A program made the translations under genes and the position numbers. Below the pieces are notes generated by a model, which was given only the letters and a program-made list of their open reading frames with translations, did not search any database and was not told the origin of the DNA. From contig NW_005434654.1 in assembly GCF_000315625.1 (NCBI RefSeq), forward strand, positions 66,273 to 130,272: DNA of 64,000 nt, in the 5' to 3' direction. Origin of the DNA: Guillardia theta CCMP2712. Lineage: Eukaryota; Protista; Cryptophyta. Below are positions 1-11,610 of this stretch, one piece after another. Numbering within the stretch: the stretch's first letter is position 1; the number at the start of each line of letters is the position of its first letter.

Positions 1-60
1 AAACCCAGCTAAGCAATAGATACAACACAGCTGTAAGCTCAGTTCTCTCTACTGTAGTCG

Positions 61-1209
61 TCAACTCCCCGATGTCCGAATCGGCTTTGCACTGAGAATT
101 GAGGGATCCCTTACGCTATGAGTGTCTTGGCAGCATTCATACACCAGCGCTGAAAAAAGCATCCTTATCTTGTGTTTCTGATCCTTCCTTCCATGGATCT
201 CATGGATGGCCGATTCGAGACTCTCACAAACATCTTTCTCCAGCTGCTGACTGGGCACGTCGTTGTCACCCATCATCACACCATACTGGTATACAAGAGC
301 CCCGTTCTCTTTCTTCTTCTGCTCTGCTGCCGCAGCATACAACAGAAGTTCTTCCCCCTCGTTGATACTCCTCTTGGACACGACGACAAGAGCGTCTCCA
401 TCATCCACCAGCTTCAGCTCTACATTCGCTGCTTCTTTTGATCCACAGAAATTGATCATGTCGATGATCGGCACCAGCGCAATCGTTTCTTCGCTGGTGC
501 CACCTTTCTCAGCAGGCAGAACAATCCTCATTCTCCTAGAAAGCTGAAGGATGAAAGCATGCAAGAATTCGGGCCAATCAAAATCTCCCTCCCAGTCGAA
601 CGAAGATGATGCAGAATCTCCATTCTTGTGCTTGAGCCATGCGTCTCGCAGAACCGTCCTCTTCTTCCTTATGGCACTCACGTACGGTATGTCACTGAAC
701 AACACCAAGTCCTCGTTCGAGGCATAGAAAGGATGCAGACCATCAAGTTCTTCTCTTCCGGGAAGTGCCTGCAAGTATCTCTCATACTGACCGTCACTGC
801 CTAGTTGGAACTGCTTCGCAATCTCTGCAGCAAGGGTTACCTCCTGCTGTTCAAGACCTGCCTTCTTGCCCGGCGCTAGGAACAAGCTTCTTGGAACCCG
901 CAGAAGCTCTTGTCCCCTGCGGATCGAGCTAGACGCCCCGACCCCTCTCACTTTCTCTCCTCCGTGATCGAACTGCCGGATTGCGATGGACTCGGCTTGT
1001 CCTCCGTTCCTCTGCAGCCATTCCAAGAGTTGATCGGATTCCAGTCGAATCTCTTCCTTCTTATCCATCCTTCTTCTGATGATCCTTTGCCGCACTTTGC
1101 CAGAAAACAGTACAAGAAGAGTAAGGAGGATGAGGAGGAGAAGAACGGCCGTTCTCCTCCTCCTGTGCCCCCTCAACGCGTCCTCTACCACCTCCTTTAC
1201 ACAGTTCAT
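61..1209 (-). CDS. SET-domain protein (Rubisco-LSMT/SETD3-like class) with N-terminal hydrophobic anchor
   Basis: Intronless ORF. Motifs: LLEWLQRNGG, RGVGASSSIRRGQELLRVPRSL, YLQALP, LVPIIDMINF, SINEGEELLL..YQYG. Hydrophobic stretch AVLLLLILLTLLVLF near the N-terminus. First in-frame ATG is at 1209. Confidence 0.75.
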   Translation of the reverse strand: MNCVKEVVEDALRGHRRRRTAVLLLLILLTLLVLFSGKVRQRIIRRRMDKKEEIRLESDQLLEWLQRNGGQAESIAIRQFDHGGEKVRGVGASSSIRRGQELLRVPRSLFLAPGKKAGLEQQEVTLAAEIAKQFQLGSDGQYERYLQALPGREELDGLHPFYASNEDLVLFSDIPYVSAIRKKRTVLRDAWLKHKNGDSASSSFDWEGDFDWPEFLHAFILQLSRRMRIVLPAEKGGTSEETIALVPIIDMINFCGSKEAANVELKLVDDGDALVVVSKRSINEGEELLLYAAAAEQKKKENGALVYQYGVMMGDNDVPSQQLEKDVCESLESAIHEIHGRKDQKHKIRMLFSALVYECCQDTHSVRDPSILSAKPIRTSGS

Positions 1210-1330
1210 CGCTCCATTCCGCCGCTGCAAATCTACCCCTACCCCTACCCCTACCCCTACCCTTTTCCTACCCCCTTCTTCTACTCGATGTTGTACCAGA
1301 AATACCCCACCTCTCTCCCCAACTGCACTG

Positions 1331-1855
1331 TCGGAAGTTTGTTAGGCCGGCCAAGTAAAACATGTCGGACGCGGCCCGGGCCGGCCGGGCCCGGCGGGCC
1401 GGCACACTGTCGCTATATCCGATGATCGCCGCCCGCGGCCGTACTACGGTACGGTCGGACTGAGGCCGCCGGGCCGGCCAGGCCGCCGCCCGGCCCGGCC
1501 CGACCCGGTGACCGGGCCTCTGGCCAGTCCCGGACGCCGGGTCCAGCCTCAGTGGCAGCCGCCGGTAGGCTACCGTAGTACTACGGTACCAGCTGAGCGT
1601 CACCGGAGTCCAGGCTCCTGATCAAGTTGTCCTGGAATTTTCAACTTGACTTAACTTTGAGAAGATCACTCCGTCACTGAGCTTAGTACGGTCGGACTCC
1701 GCCCCGCCGTTCCGACTCAGTCACGCCGCGGCGCCATCACTGTGCCACGCCGTGACGTTGGTGGCATAGCCCGGCCCGGCCGGGCCCGGAATGCCATTCG
1801 GCGATGATCAGCCTGCCACACTATAAGTAGGCTGGCCGGCCGGTACCGGCCTTAT
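1331..1855. promoter_or_regulatory. GC-rich palindrome-dense intergenic island 1 (between divergent SET and ALDH genes)
   Basis: Dense CCGG/GGCC/GTAC words. TCGGAAGTT at 1331 and CTTAACTTTGAG at 1650. No credible ORF. Function is inferred. Confidence 0.5.
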
Positions 1856-2737
1856 GTGTGTTAGAAGGATAAGCCTACCCCTGTTTTCTAGGTTCTTTTC
1901 AACGGCAGTTGGAAGGTAGGGTCATTACAAGTGATTTCGAAGCTTGAGATTCAAAATCTTGAATGTAAAACAAAGTTTTAAGATCATCCTGATAAAAAGG
2001 TTATACATTCTTTTAAACAGTACAAGAATTATATGCTCAACAAAAATAATCTTATATAAGTTTTAAGATTTTCTAACAATTATTTAAAAGGGGGCAGGCT
2101 CTGAGGGATGTGACCTCTGTGAAGAGTAGATGCAGGGGTGGTTGAGCCTGGGGGAACTAATTTTACCCGGTTGGGTGGTTATAAAGGGGGTGTAGATGTG
2201 GGTAGGGTGGGTCCTGAATATATGAAGTGAAAGGGCTACAGTAGCAGTCGTTCGATGAATTCATAGGGTGGGTCTAGATTTTGGGGGTAGTCAAAATGCT
2301 GGTGGGTAGGGGTAGTAATACACATGGGAGGGTAGTAAACACACAAGCAAGGGCATGCACGCATCGTTGCGGGGTGGGAAGGAGGGAGGACTTGAATTGG
2401 GATAGAGGATGATGGGGAGAAGGAGAGAGGAAGGAGGAGATCGATAGTTTGTAGCAGTAGGTAGGTGCAAAAAGGATCGAAGACATCGTTGTCATGTAAT
2501 CGAAACTGTTTTGGTGAAAGCATGAAAGGCGATTCGTGCACAACAAGTCCATTATTATTCACGCTGTATCTTTCTCGGAGAAATGCAGAAGAGAAAGCCT
2601 TGAATGTATCATTGGGAGATCCCGTAAGAATCTAGCGGTTGTTGATCGTACGATACATGTTTACGTTCTTGTGCCTCCGTTCGGAAACAAGATCCAGATC
2701 CTTGCAAGGCACTCTACTGATCTAGGATCTGCAGGAA

Positions 2738-5496
2738 ATGCCCGCAGGTGTCTCGAAGCAGCACTCTCTTGAAGGAAAGAAGATCCTCGTCAAGCAGGAT
2801 GATCCTGAGTACATCAACCGTCCCAACATCGATGGTGCTAAGTACATGATCAATGGAGAAATCCGCAAATGGGACGGAGCCATCCAAACTGTTTATTCCC
2901 CCATCTTCCTGGAAGGGACGGAGGAGAAGGTAGGAGGGTCGAACTCATGTGGTGTGGTTTGACCAGGATGTGCAGGTTCAGATTGGTTGCCAGGCGCGAC
3001 TGACGCCAAAGGAGTCGTTGGAGGCACTCGATGCTGCCGTTGCCGCATGGGGGAACGGAGCGGGAGAGTGGCCGCAGATGTCTTTGAGCAGCAGGATCGC
3101 GTGCATGGAGAAGTTCGTGGAGCTGTTGAAGCCGCAGCGCGAGATCATCGTGAAGGTTCTCATGTGGGAGATCTGCAAGGTCAGTAGAAGGCGGTTGTGT
3201 TTGTTTCAAGGATGAGATTGTTGCGACAGGTTCGGCCGGATGCCGAGAAGGAGTTTGATAGGACAATGGACTACATCAACGCCACCATCAAGGCTGCCAA
3301 GGAGCTTCACAATGCAGAAAATAACCTGACAGAAGAGTCGGGAATTCTTGCAATGGTTAGGATGAATACATCCCGCGAAGATGATGTTGATGGTTGTTAC
3401 GATGATGATGATGAAACACGCGATTGATGATTAGGACGTTGAGGTTGTTGAATGATGATGATGATGATGATGATAACATTGACGGGGGTAATGATCGATG
3501 GATGAACAGATCCGTCGCAAGCCTATCGGAGTGATGTTGAACTTGGGGCCATTCAACTATCCCTTCAACGAAACTTACACCACTCTGATCCCCGCTATCT
3601 TGATGGGAAACACTTGCGTCATGAAGGTAACAATCACAACCACGATCATTCTCTCTGATAAGATTCTCAGCTCCCGAATGTTGGCTGCCTAGCTCACATC
3701 CCGACCATGGAGGCGTTTGCCCAGTGCTTCCCTAAGGGAGTTGTCAACTTTATCTCAGGTATCTTGTTCTTGTCCCTTCTCTCTTCTTCTTTCCCTCGTC
3801 CTCCGATGTCTTCCCTGCCCCGGACCATGTCCATGAGTGTGACTCTCAATTTGAAGGAGCCGGACGCGAGACAATGCCGCCCATCATGGAGACTGGCAAG
3901 GTAGGAGGAGGAGGAGGAGGAAGAGGAAGAGGGAAACAGAAGTGAGGATCATGGTGGTTATATCATCTTAGGTTGACATCTTCGCCTTCATTGGAGGCTC
4001 CAAGGCAGCAGATGCTCTCATCAAGAACGTGCCCAACCCGCACAAGGTGAGGAGAAAATTTGAAGCCATGAGGATAGAGAAAGGAGGAGGAGGATGCTGT
4101 TGAGAAGGGGGAGGAGGGGGAGGGGGGAGGGGGAGGAGGAGGAGGAGAAGGGATATCAGAGACTGATACTTTGCAAAGCTCAAACTTTGCCTTTCGCTCG
4201 AAGCCAAGAACGTAGCAATCGTGATGGAGGATGCGGATCTTGACAATGCGGTTTCCGGTGATACTGACAACCCTTTCTGTTTCCTGCTGGATTCATCTCC
4301 TCTTTCCGCCTCATTCCTTGCTTCCTCCTACTACTCCTGCTCCCCCTTTTGCTCTGTCCTCACCTTTCCTCCTCCTCCTCTCTGTTCCTTCCCTCCCTCG
4401 CTGTCTACCTTCAGCGCCTCACTGCTTGATCAGAGTGTGTTCTTGGCTCTCTCTCCTACAACGGGCAACGATGCACTGCCCTGAAGCAGCTTATGATCCA
4501 CACAAGCGTCATGGACAAGTTCATGGAGAAATTCGTCGCTGCTGTAAGAGACTCCTCCTCCTCCTCCTCCTCCTCCTCCTCCTCCTCTTGCTCCTCCTCC
4601 TCCTCCTCCTCCTCCTCCTCCTCCTCCTCCTCCTCCTCTTCCTCCTCTTGCCTCTTTCTTTGACTTTATCGCAACAGGTTGGAAGCCTAAAGGCGGGTCT
4701 TCCCTGGGAGGAGGGAGGTAAAGGATACTGCTGTCACTTGTGCGTCATCGCTGATCAATCTCGCTAGTTCAAATCACTCCTCTTCCTGAGCCCTCCAAGC
4801 CTGAGTGAGTCAACAGCCCCAACTCCTCCTCCTCCTCCTCCTCCTCCTCCCCTCACTCCTCGTCTTCCTCCTCCTTGCGTACTACTCATCTTTCTTGCCT
4901 TGCATGCCTATAGTTCACTTCTCTTCCTCTTTTCTTCGTCCTGCTCGCTTCTACATCTCCTGCCTCCATCCCCTCATTCTCCTCCGTCAGGTACCTCGCC
5001 GAGCTTCGCGCTGACGCCATGGAGAAGGGAGCAAACGTTGTCTCTCCCGGCGCAGCTCAGGGCTGGGGACACACCATGGTCTTCCCGTCCATCGTCTACC
5101 CTACCAACATGGACATGCGAGTCATGCAAGAGGAGCAGTTCGGCCCTCTGGTCTCTGTCGGCACCTTCAGCTCCATGGAAGAGATCGCCGACTATGTCAA
5201 GCAGTCCAAGTATGGACAGCAGGCAGCCGTCTTCACCTCCTCCGATGTCTCCAACCTCGGTCCCCTTCTTGACGTGCTGGTAGGATGAGACGATGCTACC
5301 TTGCAGATCTGACGCTCTCCTCCTCCTTCTCCTCGTCCTCGTCCTCTCCTCCTCGTCCTCCTCGTCCTCCTCCTGCCTTCTTCTTTGTTTCCTTTTTGCC
5401 TACAGGTGAACTGCGTGTCGAGGGTTAATGTCAACTCGCAGTGTCAGCGAAGCCCCGACAGCTTTCCCTTCACAGGTAAGACGATCGATCATCGAT

Positions 5497-5528
<32 letters not shown>

Positions 5529-5945
5529 TTTTGTTGTTCCTCAACTCGTTTTGTTTCCTCCTCGATTCCTTTGTCTCCCATTCCCCTGCTTACAACAACA
5601 AATAATTCGTTGATTGTTGCAACTGATTATTGCTCTTCGTCCTGTTCTTTCTCCTCCTCCTCCTCCTCCTCCTCCTCCTCCTCCTCCTCCTCCTCCTCCT
5701 TTGCTCCTCGCTCACGTGGCTGAAGGTCGCAAGTCGTCAGCCCTCGGAACTCTTTCGGTCGTCGAGGCTCTCAAGGTCAGAGACATCAAATGAATCTCAT
5801 GATGGAGATAATGACGACGACAATGATGATGATGACAATGATAATAATGACGATGATGATGACGACGACGACGATGATGATGATAATGACAATGATAAAA
5901 ATGACGATGATGATGACGACGACGACGACGATGATGATGATGATA

Positions 5946-6019
<74 letters not shown>

Positions 6020-6554
6020 ATTGGAGACANNNNNNNNNNNNNNNNNNNNNNNNNNNNNNNNNNNNNNNNNNNNNNNNNNNNNNNNNNNNNNNNNNNNNNN
6101 NNNNNNNNNNNNNNNNNNNNNNNNNNNNNGACCAGCCCATGATTGTGGAGAGCCTGGTAGCGACAAAGGGGGAAGAAAGGATTTCCCTCTTTAACAAGGT
6201 AGGTCCACCCCCTGCCCCCACCCCCCGGCCTCCGGGCCTTTTTCCTCCATTGGCCCGGCCTTCCCTTTTCCTTCTTCCTTTTTCTCTCCCTCCTCTCCTC
6301 CTCGCCCCCCCCCCCTTCCTCTCCTCTCAATTGCCCCCTCCTCACCCTCTCATTCTTCCCTCCTTCTCTTCCTTCCCTCCCTCCCTGCTCTCCTCTCTCT
6401 TCCTCCCTCTCTCTCTTCCCCTCTCCTAACTTCTCTCCCTCTCCCTCTCTTCCCGTCTCTCCCTCTCTCCTCTCGCTCTCCTCTTCTCCTAACTGTCAAC
6501 CCGAAGGTCATCGACTCCAAGAGGTGCACCTTCCTTGACCTACAGAAGATCTAA
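2738..6554 (+). CDS. Aldehyde dehydrogenase superfamily, GapN-like (non-phosphorylating NADP-GAPDH type); many exons, spans an assembly gap
   Basis: Spliced motifs: [104 protein letters not shown] 2738; exon 1 ends 2929; TAA at 6552-6554. Confidence 0.85.
5798..6017 (+). repeat. (GAT/GAC)n microsatellite in an ALDH intron
   Basis: Directly visible, just before the gap. Confidence 0.95.
6030..6129. other. Assembly gap (N run)
   Basis: 100 N. Confidence 1.
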
Positions 6555-7012
6555 AAGTTCGCCGACCTGTCGGGACTTGTGTGCGAGTAGATGATAGTGT
6601 AAACATGAGACATCCAACCCCAACACTTGTAGAGTTTGTCCAACACAACAACACCAAGACGTGCATCCGTTGCTGACTGTTGTTGATGATATGGTTGTTT
6701 CTTGCTGATTGTTCTCAAACGATACTTTGCATCTCCCATCTACTCTACACTCCTGGTGGTTGGGTCTTGCGAAAAGGAATTTTAGACTTCCCGATGATTG
6801 CTGTGAGAAAAGAACTACATGTCAAAGAGTGAAGTGGGTGAAGAAGAGAAGGAGGGAGAGGAGGAGGAGGAAGAGAAGGGGGAGAACGATGAGGAGGAGG
6901 AGGAGGAGGAAGAGAAGGGGGGGAACGAGGAGGAGGAGGAGGAGGAGGAGCAAGAGAAGGGGAAAACGAGGAGGAGGAGGAGGAGGAGAGCGGCAGCACC
7001 TGCTTCCATCCA

Positions 7013-9020
7013 TGAGACCATCGATCCCTGCTCACGATAAAAAATCTACGAAATGGCAGTTATATGCGGCACAAGGAGGAGGGAGAGGGAGAAAGAAAAG
7101 GTGGGACGGTCGAAGGCGAGAGTGTGGAGAGGGGCAAGCGAGGACGACAAGGAGCAGGGAGAGGAGATAGCTAGACAGGAAGGAAACAAGATGGAGAGGG
7201 AAAAGGAGGGGAGATGGGGCGACATCACTTTAGGGTCCTTATTAATACGATCTTTCCAGTTGTCAGAGAAATTGGGCCTGTTTGTTCAACGTGAGGATAC
7301 AGATGAGGAGGAGGATGTAGTGGAGGAGGACGAGGACGAGGAAGTGGAGGAGGCAGAGGAAAAGGAGTAGGAGTGAAAGGAGGAGCAGGAGGACAAGGAG
7401 GAGGGGATAAGAGATGTTGCAATCACTAACCGAAAGGGATGTGTGATGTCGAGAAACTCCGTCACTCCCTTCCTCCTGTTAAAAGCCTTCTTGTCGTACA
7501 TGTTGGTCTCTGCAGAAGACATGTAGTTTCCTGCAGGCTTCGACGGATCGCCTGGCATCCCAAGTGTCATTCCCTGCCATCCTCTCCTCTTCTCCTCGTC
7601 ATTCCTGTTCCCCCTCCTTCAGTCCCTTACAATACCCAATGCCTCTCTCCCCCATTCTTTCAGTCTCTCTCTTCCTACCTCTCTCACTCTCTCACTCTCC
7701 CGTCCTACCTCTCGCTCTTCCTATCTCCCCCTCTTGCCATCTCCCCCCGTCTCTCCACCTCCTTCCCCACCTTTCTTTATGATCAGGTCGACATCCTGGT
7801 GGGCTCTAACAAGCGTGTCCTTCTTCACTTGCAGTATCTCCATGCGATCATGGGTGAGAGGGTTGTACAACGACGACAGTCTGTTGTGATTCATCGGCAC
7901 CCAGCGATCGGGCTCTTGCTCCGGCCGTGTCGTGGGGACTTTTGTTTCAGGAGGAGGGTGATATGCAGCAAGGGGGTCGTTCCGGACTCCGCTCATTGCT
8001 GTCTCGAAGATCTGCAGGCCTGTCAGACAAGACGGGAGCGCAGCAAGCTCGTCGTGCCTTGGCGTGCGTCTTGGTCCGGTCCGAGGGAGCTTCCTTAGGA
8101 TCGTATCGCTGTTGCACACTGTGAGGAGGAGGAGGATGATGAGGGGAAGGACGAGCAGGAGCAGAAGGAGGAGGAGGAGGGAGCAGAAGCAGGACGAGAA
8201 GGAGAGCAGGAGCAGGAGCAGGAGCAGAAGGAGGAGGAGGGGAAGGAGCAGGAGGAGCGATCTCCATCCTCTCGTCTCACCTCATAGGTCATGGTTCGTC
8301 GGAAAGGAGCGTTGGGCCCCCCTAGAGTCGTTGTTTGCAGAGGCTGCATTTCTATATCAGCTCCTCCTCCTATTCTCCTCTTCTCTCCCCTTTTACCTTG
8401 TCCGACGAGACATGGTAGGAATGATTCGGAGGTCTGCATCCTATATGTCCAACTTCAGCTCGCTGAGGACCGCACCAACGTCCCACCTGTCATGTTGACA
8501 GGCTTGATCGCATCCTTTCCTATCCACGACTTCCACGATCCTTGTGAACACAAATCATCGACTGGCATGCAGAAACTACCGCACAAGCCATACCAGCCCA
8601 GTCAACTCCAGGTCCTGTCATGCCGAATCCCGGTCGCCCTCCTGCTCGAAAGGTTCAGATCGCGCTAGGACGCGCTGCGAGGAGCAGACCGTAAGTCTGT
8701 CGAGCGGTCCTCTTTGCTCCCATCGCTGACTAGGTTGAATACAGCAGCTTAGAAGTTCTGTGCGAACCAAGGTAAGCTACAGCAGCGAGTTGCTTTACAT
8801 GTGCTGATGCAGAACAACAAAAAAAAGGAGATACAGAAGAAGGGAAAGTACAGAAGCAGGGAGGAAGAGAGCAGGTGCTTGCTGCTTGTTGGAACTTTTC
8901 AAGTTTTAGCTCGGTTAAGATTTTGCATTTCACCATGAAAAACAAAGGCGATCTCCCCTGTGCGTCTATCATCTAGCGGTGTAATGCTCTGACGAGACAA
9001 CCTTGAGGCGAATGCTTGCA
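7013..9020 (-). CDS. Multi-exon hypothetical protein, possibly flagellum-associated; boundaries approximate
   Basis: Exon-like segments separated by (CTC)/(GAG)-rich introns: GLQIFETAMSGVRNDPLAAYHPPPETKVP...LYNPLTHDRMEILQ; GMPGDPSKPAGNYMSS...FNRRKGVTEFLDITHPF; PNFSDNWKDRINKDPK. The function is a guess. Confidence 0.5.
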
Positions 9021-9169
9021 TCGAGGCATCACAGGAATACGAGGGTTCGACTCACTGTTCTCTCGCATATGAGTGCGAACCTCGGAATCTTCCTGGTTCT
9101 TTTGCGTGCCTCTCATCTACCCTCTCTCTTGATACCAATCTGATTCCACTCACTCTCTACACTATCCTT

Positions 9170-9310
9170 CCTCTCCTCCTCTCCTCCTCTCCTCCTCTCC
9201 TCCTCTCCTCCTCTCCTCCTCTCCTCCTCTCCTCCTCTCCTCCTCTCCTCCTCTCCTCCTCTCCTCCTCTCCTCCTCTCCTCCTCTCCTCCTCTCCTCCT
9301 CTCCTCCTCT
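9170..9310 (+). repeat. (CCTCTCCT)n 8-bp tandem repeat
   Basis: About 17 near-perfect units. Confidence 0.9.
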
Positions 9311-9349
9311 TCGCTGCTCTCCTTCACTATCGCATGCTGCTCAACCGCC

Positions 9350-10500
9350 ACAGGTTTTACTCAACTTTGGGCCAGGCAGAGACCGTAGCGAGGGCCGGGC
9401 CCTGTCAGAACGGCGGCGGCGCCCGGCCCGGTGCCGGGATCCGAGCCGGCACCGTCACGGTCGGACGGCCGGCGTCTGGCGAGCGCGCTGGGGCGGCGGC
9501 GCCGGGGCCCGGCGGCTCAGACGTTCGTTACGGTCCCGCATCCGGACTGCCCGTCACAGAGTCACAGGCGGCTACTATCATGCTTTCCCAGCACTGGAAG
9601 CCTGACTCAGTCAGTCTGACCGGGTGCCCGGGCCCGGACCAGTGTCACAGAGTCGGCACGGATCGGACGGTGGCACCGCCGTGCCCGCCCCGCGGGGCAC
9701 TGTGACCGCGGGGGCCGTCGGACGGTCCGATCATCAGTCACTGTGCAAATAAGTCACTTCACAGCCTGTCTGGCAAGTTACTTCACTCCGTGACTGAGCC
9801 GGCACCGTGACGGTACGGTAATATTACTAAGTTGCCGCCGCGGCAACTTAGTAATAGAGCAGCTTTGGTGCTACGTGCCGGCGTGTAGGGGAGACATGAG
9901 TCGGGCGTGTACGATGTTGAAAACATTTCAACCCTCTGAAATGAAATTTAAAATACATGTAAAGGCCTAGCAGAAATGATAACTAAACTGCACTGGTACT
10001 CTTTGGAGGTATCTCTTGCTGCCGTTGAAAACTTGTTTGAATTCACACGCCACCCCAAAAAAACTTTCTCGAAAAGAAGAGTGGAAATTAACGAAAGGGC
10101 TAAAAGTGAACGGCATGACTGTGGCAATCCGTGACGGTACCGCCGGAGGACAATCAGGAGAACGGTAGAGGAGGCTTGACCCTGACACTGTCGCACAGGC
10201 CAGACGGCGAAAAAAGAGAAAAGACAGCGAGAACTAACCGGGCCTCCGAGTTCCTGCCGACTGCCGCTGTGAGTCCCCAAACTTAACGGCAGTCGGACAT
10301 CACAGTGGCTGTACGATCACGGTAACTTCCGAACTTCACGAATGCCACGGTGGACGAGCTTCCGTCCAGCCGCTGAGGGCGGCACTGCTTTTTCAGTCGG
10401 AGCAGCCTCTCGGAATTCGAGTCCGATCGCAGGATGGCAGACTCAGGCTCCCGTGACTACTCACTGTTGGTACTGAACTCCTCAACACAGTGACACTCAG
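9350..10500. promoter_or_regulatory. GC-rich island 2 (core 9380-9890, second lobe about 10110-10500)
   Basis: Same vocabulary as the other islands: TTTTACTCAACTTT at 9355, GATCGGACGG at 9661, AACTTCCGA at 10324, and a 35-bp palindrome at 9822. Confidence 0.5.
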
Positions 10501-10509
10501 TCCTAGCAA

Positions 10510-11610
10510 TCACAACTGAGCGATCATGGGATGAACAACTGGCGAGATTCCATCGAAGGTTACAAGCGCACACGAGCATACAGGAAGGTAGCCTCCGCTG
10601 ACAGAGCTCGTCTCCGGGATGTGATCAATCACAGATGACGTTGACACCTTCGGCTGAATGCACTTGGAGCCTGAAAGGATGGAAGGGCGGTCGGAAGAAA
10701 GACCCGACGTTGCTCTGTTTTTTCGTTTTCCAGTCATGTCCGAAACAAGTCCAACTGCACAGATACAGTATGTTGTTCTGATGTTTATTACTTGACAGAT
10801 CCATACATTAGACACTAAGGGTCTGTTGACAGAAGAGACAATGTCTTGCGGTATTTCATCCTCTGCCAGTTTTGTGACCAAGTAGACAAAATCAAAATTC
10901 CTGCGTGATCTTTTTAATCGGTTGAAGTGAAAACTATCTGCGAATAAGTTTCATTTGCATGTCTCATAACAAGCGTACAGTGTTCACTCTTGTAGATCTG
11001 CATGAAGTGTGTGCTAATGGAGTGAGGTTCGATACCATGCTTGCAACATGCAGATATATGTAAACGAAGCATGCTCCTAACGATGAGCCCCTCAAGAAAT
11101 CTCCACCTCCTTTCACAAACCTCACAAAAGGATCCCGAGAAAGGCATCGCTTTTGGAAAGCAACGAAAACCAAGTTGACAGCTTGCTAGGTGGACGACGG
11201 GCAGCTAATAACTCTCAGATGGCACTTGGCAGCAGATCAATCTGATACTTATGGATTTGGTCCATCGCTTCAAGGGCAACGAGTTGGTTCAAGATCTCAC
11301 GAGATCCATCATGCCATAACCATTCTTCAGATTGCCACCGCTTTCCTCCCGACCCTGCCCCAACCTTGCCAACTCGTAGATCGATCGATTTCAGCTCTGC
11401 GAATGGTCGCCAAGGGCAACTATGTTGTTGAAAACCATTCACCTAAGTGGAAACTATCATTTTCGCCTACTTCTGTACCATTCGTATCTCCCCCTCCCCC
11501 CGCCCCCCCCTCACATCAGTGATGGACATCTCTCCTATTAGACCACAACTCCCTCCTCCTTCTTCTATTTCCTCCTCCCCTCATTTCCTCCGGCGCTCCG
11601 ACGTCCATCA
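10510..11610 (-). CDS. Possible multi-exon hypothetical protein
   Basis: Several short minus-strand ORF segments with plausible splice boundaries (e.g. RWQSEEWLWHDGSREILNQLVALEAMDQIHK). No recognisable domain. Confidence 0.3.

Noticed and set aside
1232-1275. (TACCCC)n as an interstitial telomere
   Set aside because: Only about 5 units, and the same word is dispersed in many upstream regions, so it is better explained as a promoter-associated motif.
4231-6429. Poly-L, poly-D, poly-H and poly-S ORFs
   Set aside because: Frames through intronic microsatellites and the N gap of the ALDH gene.
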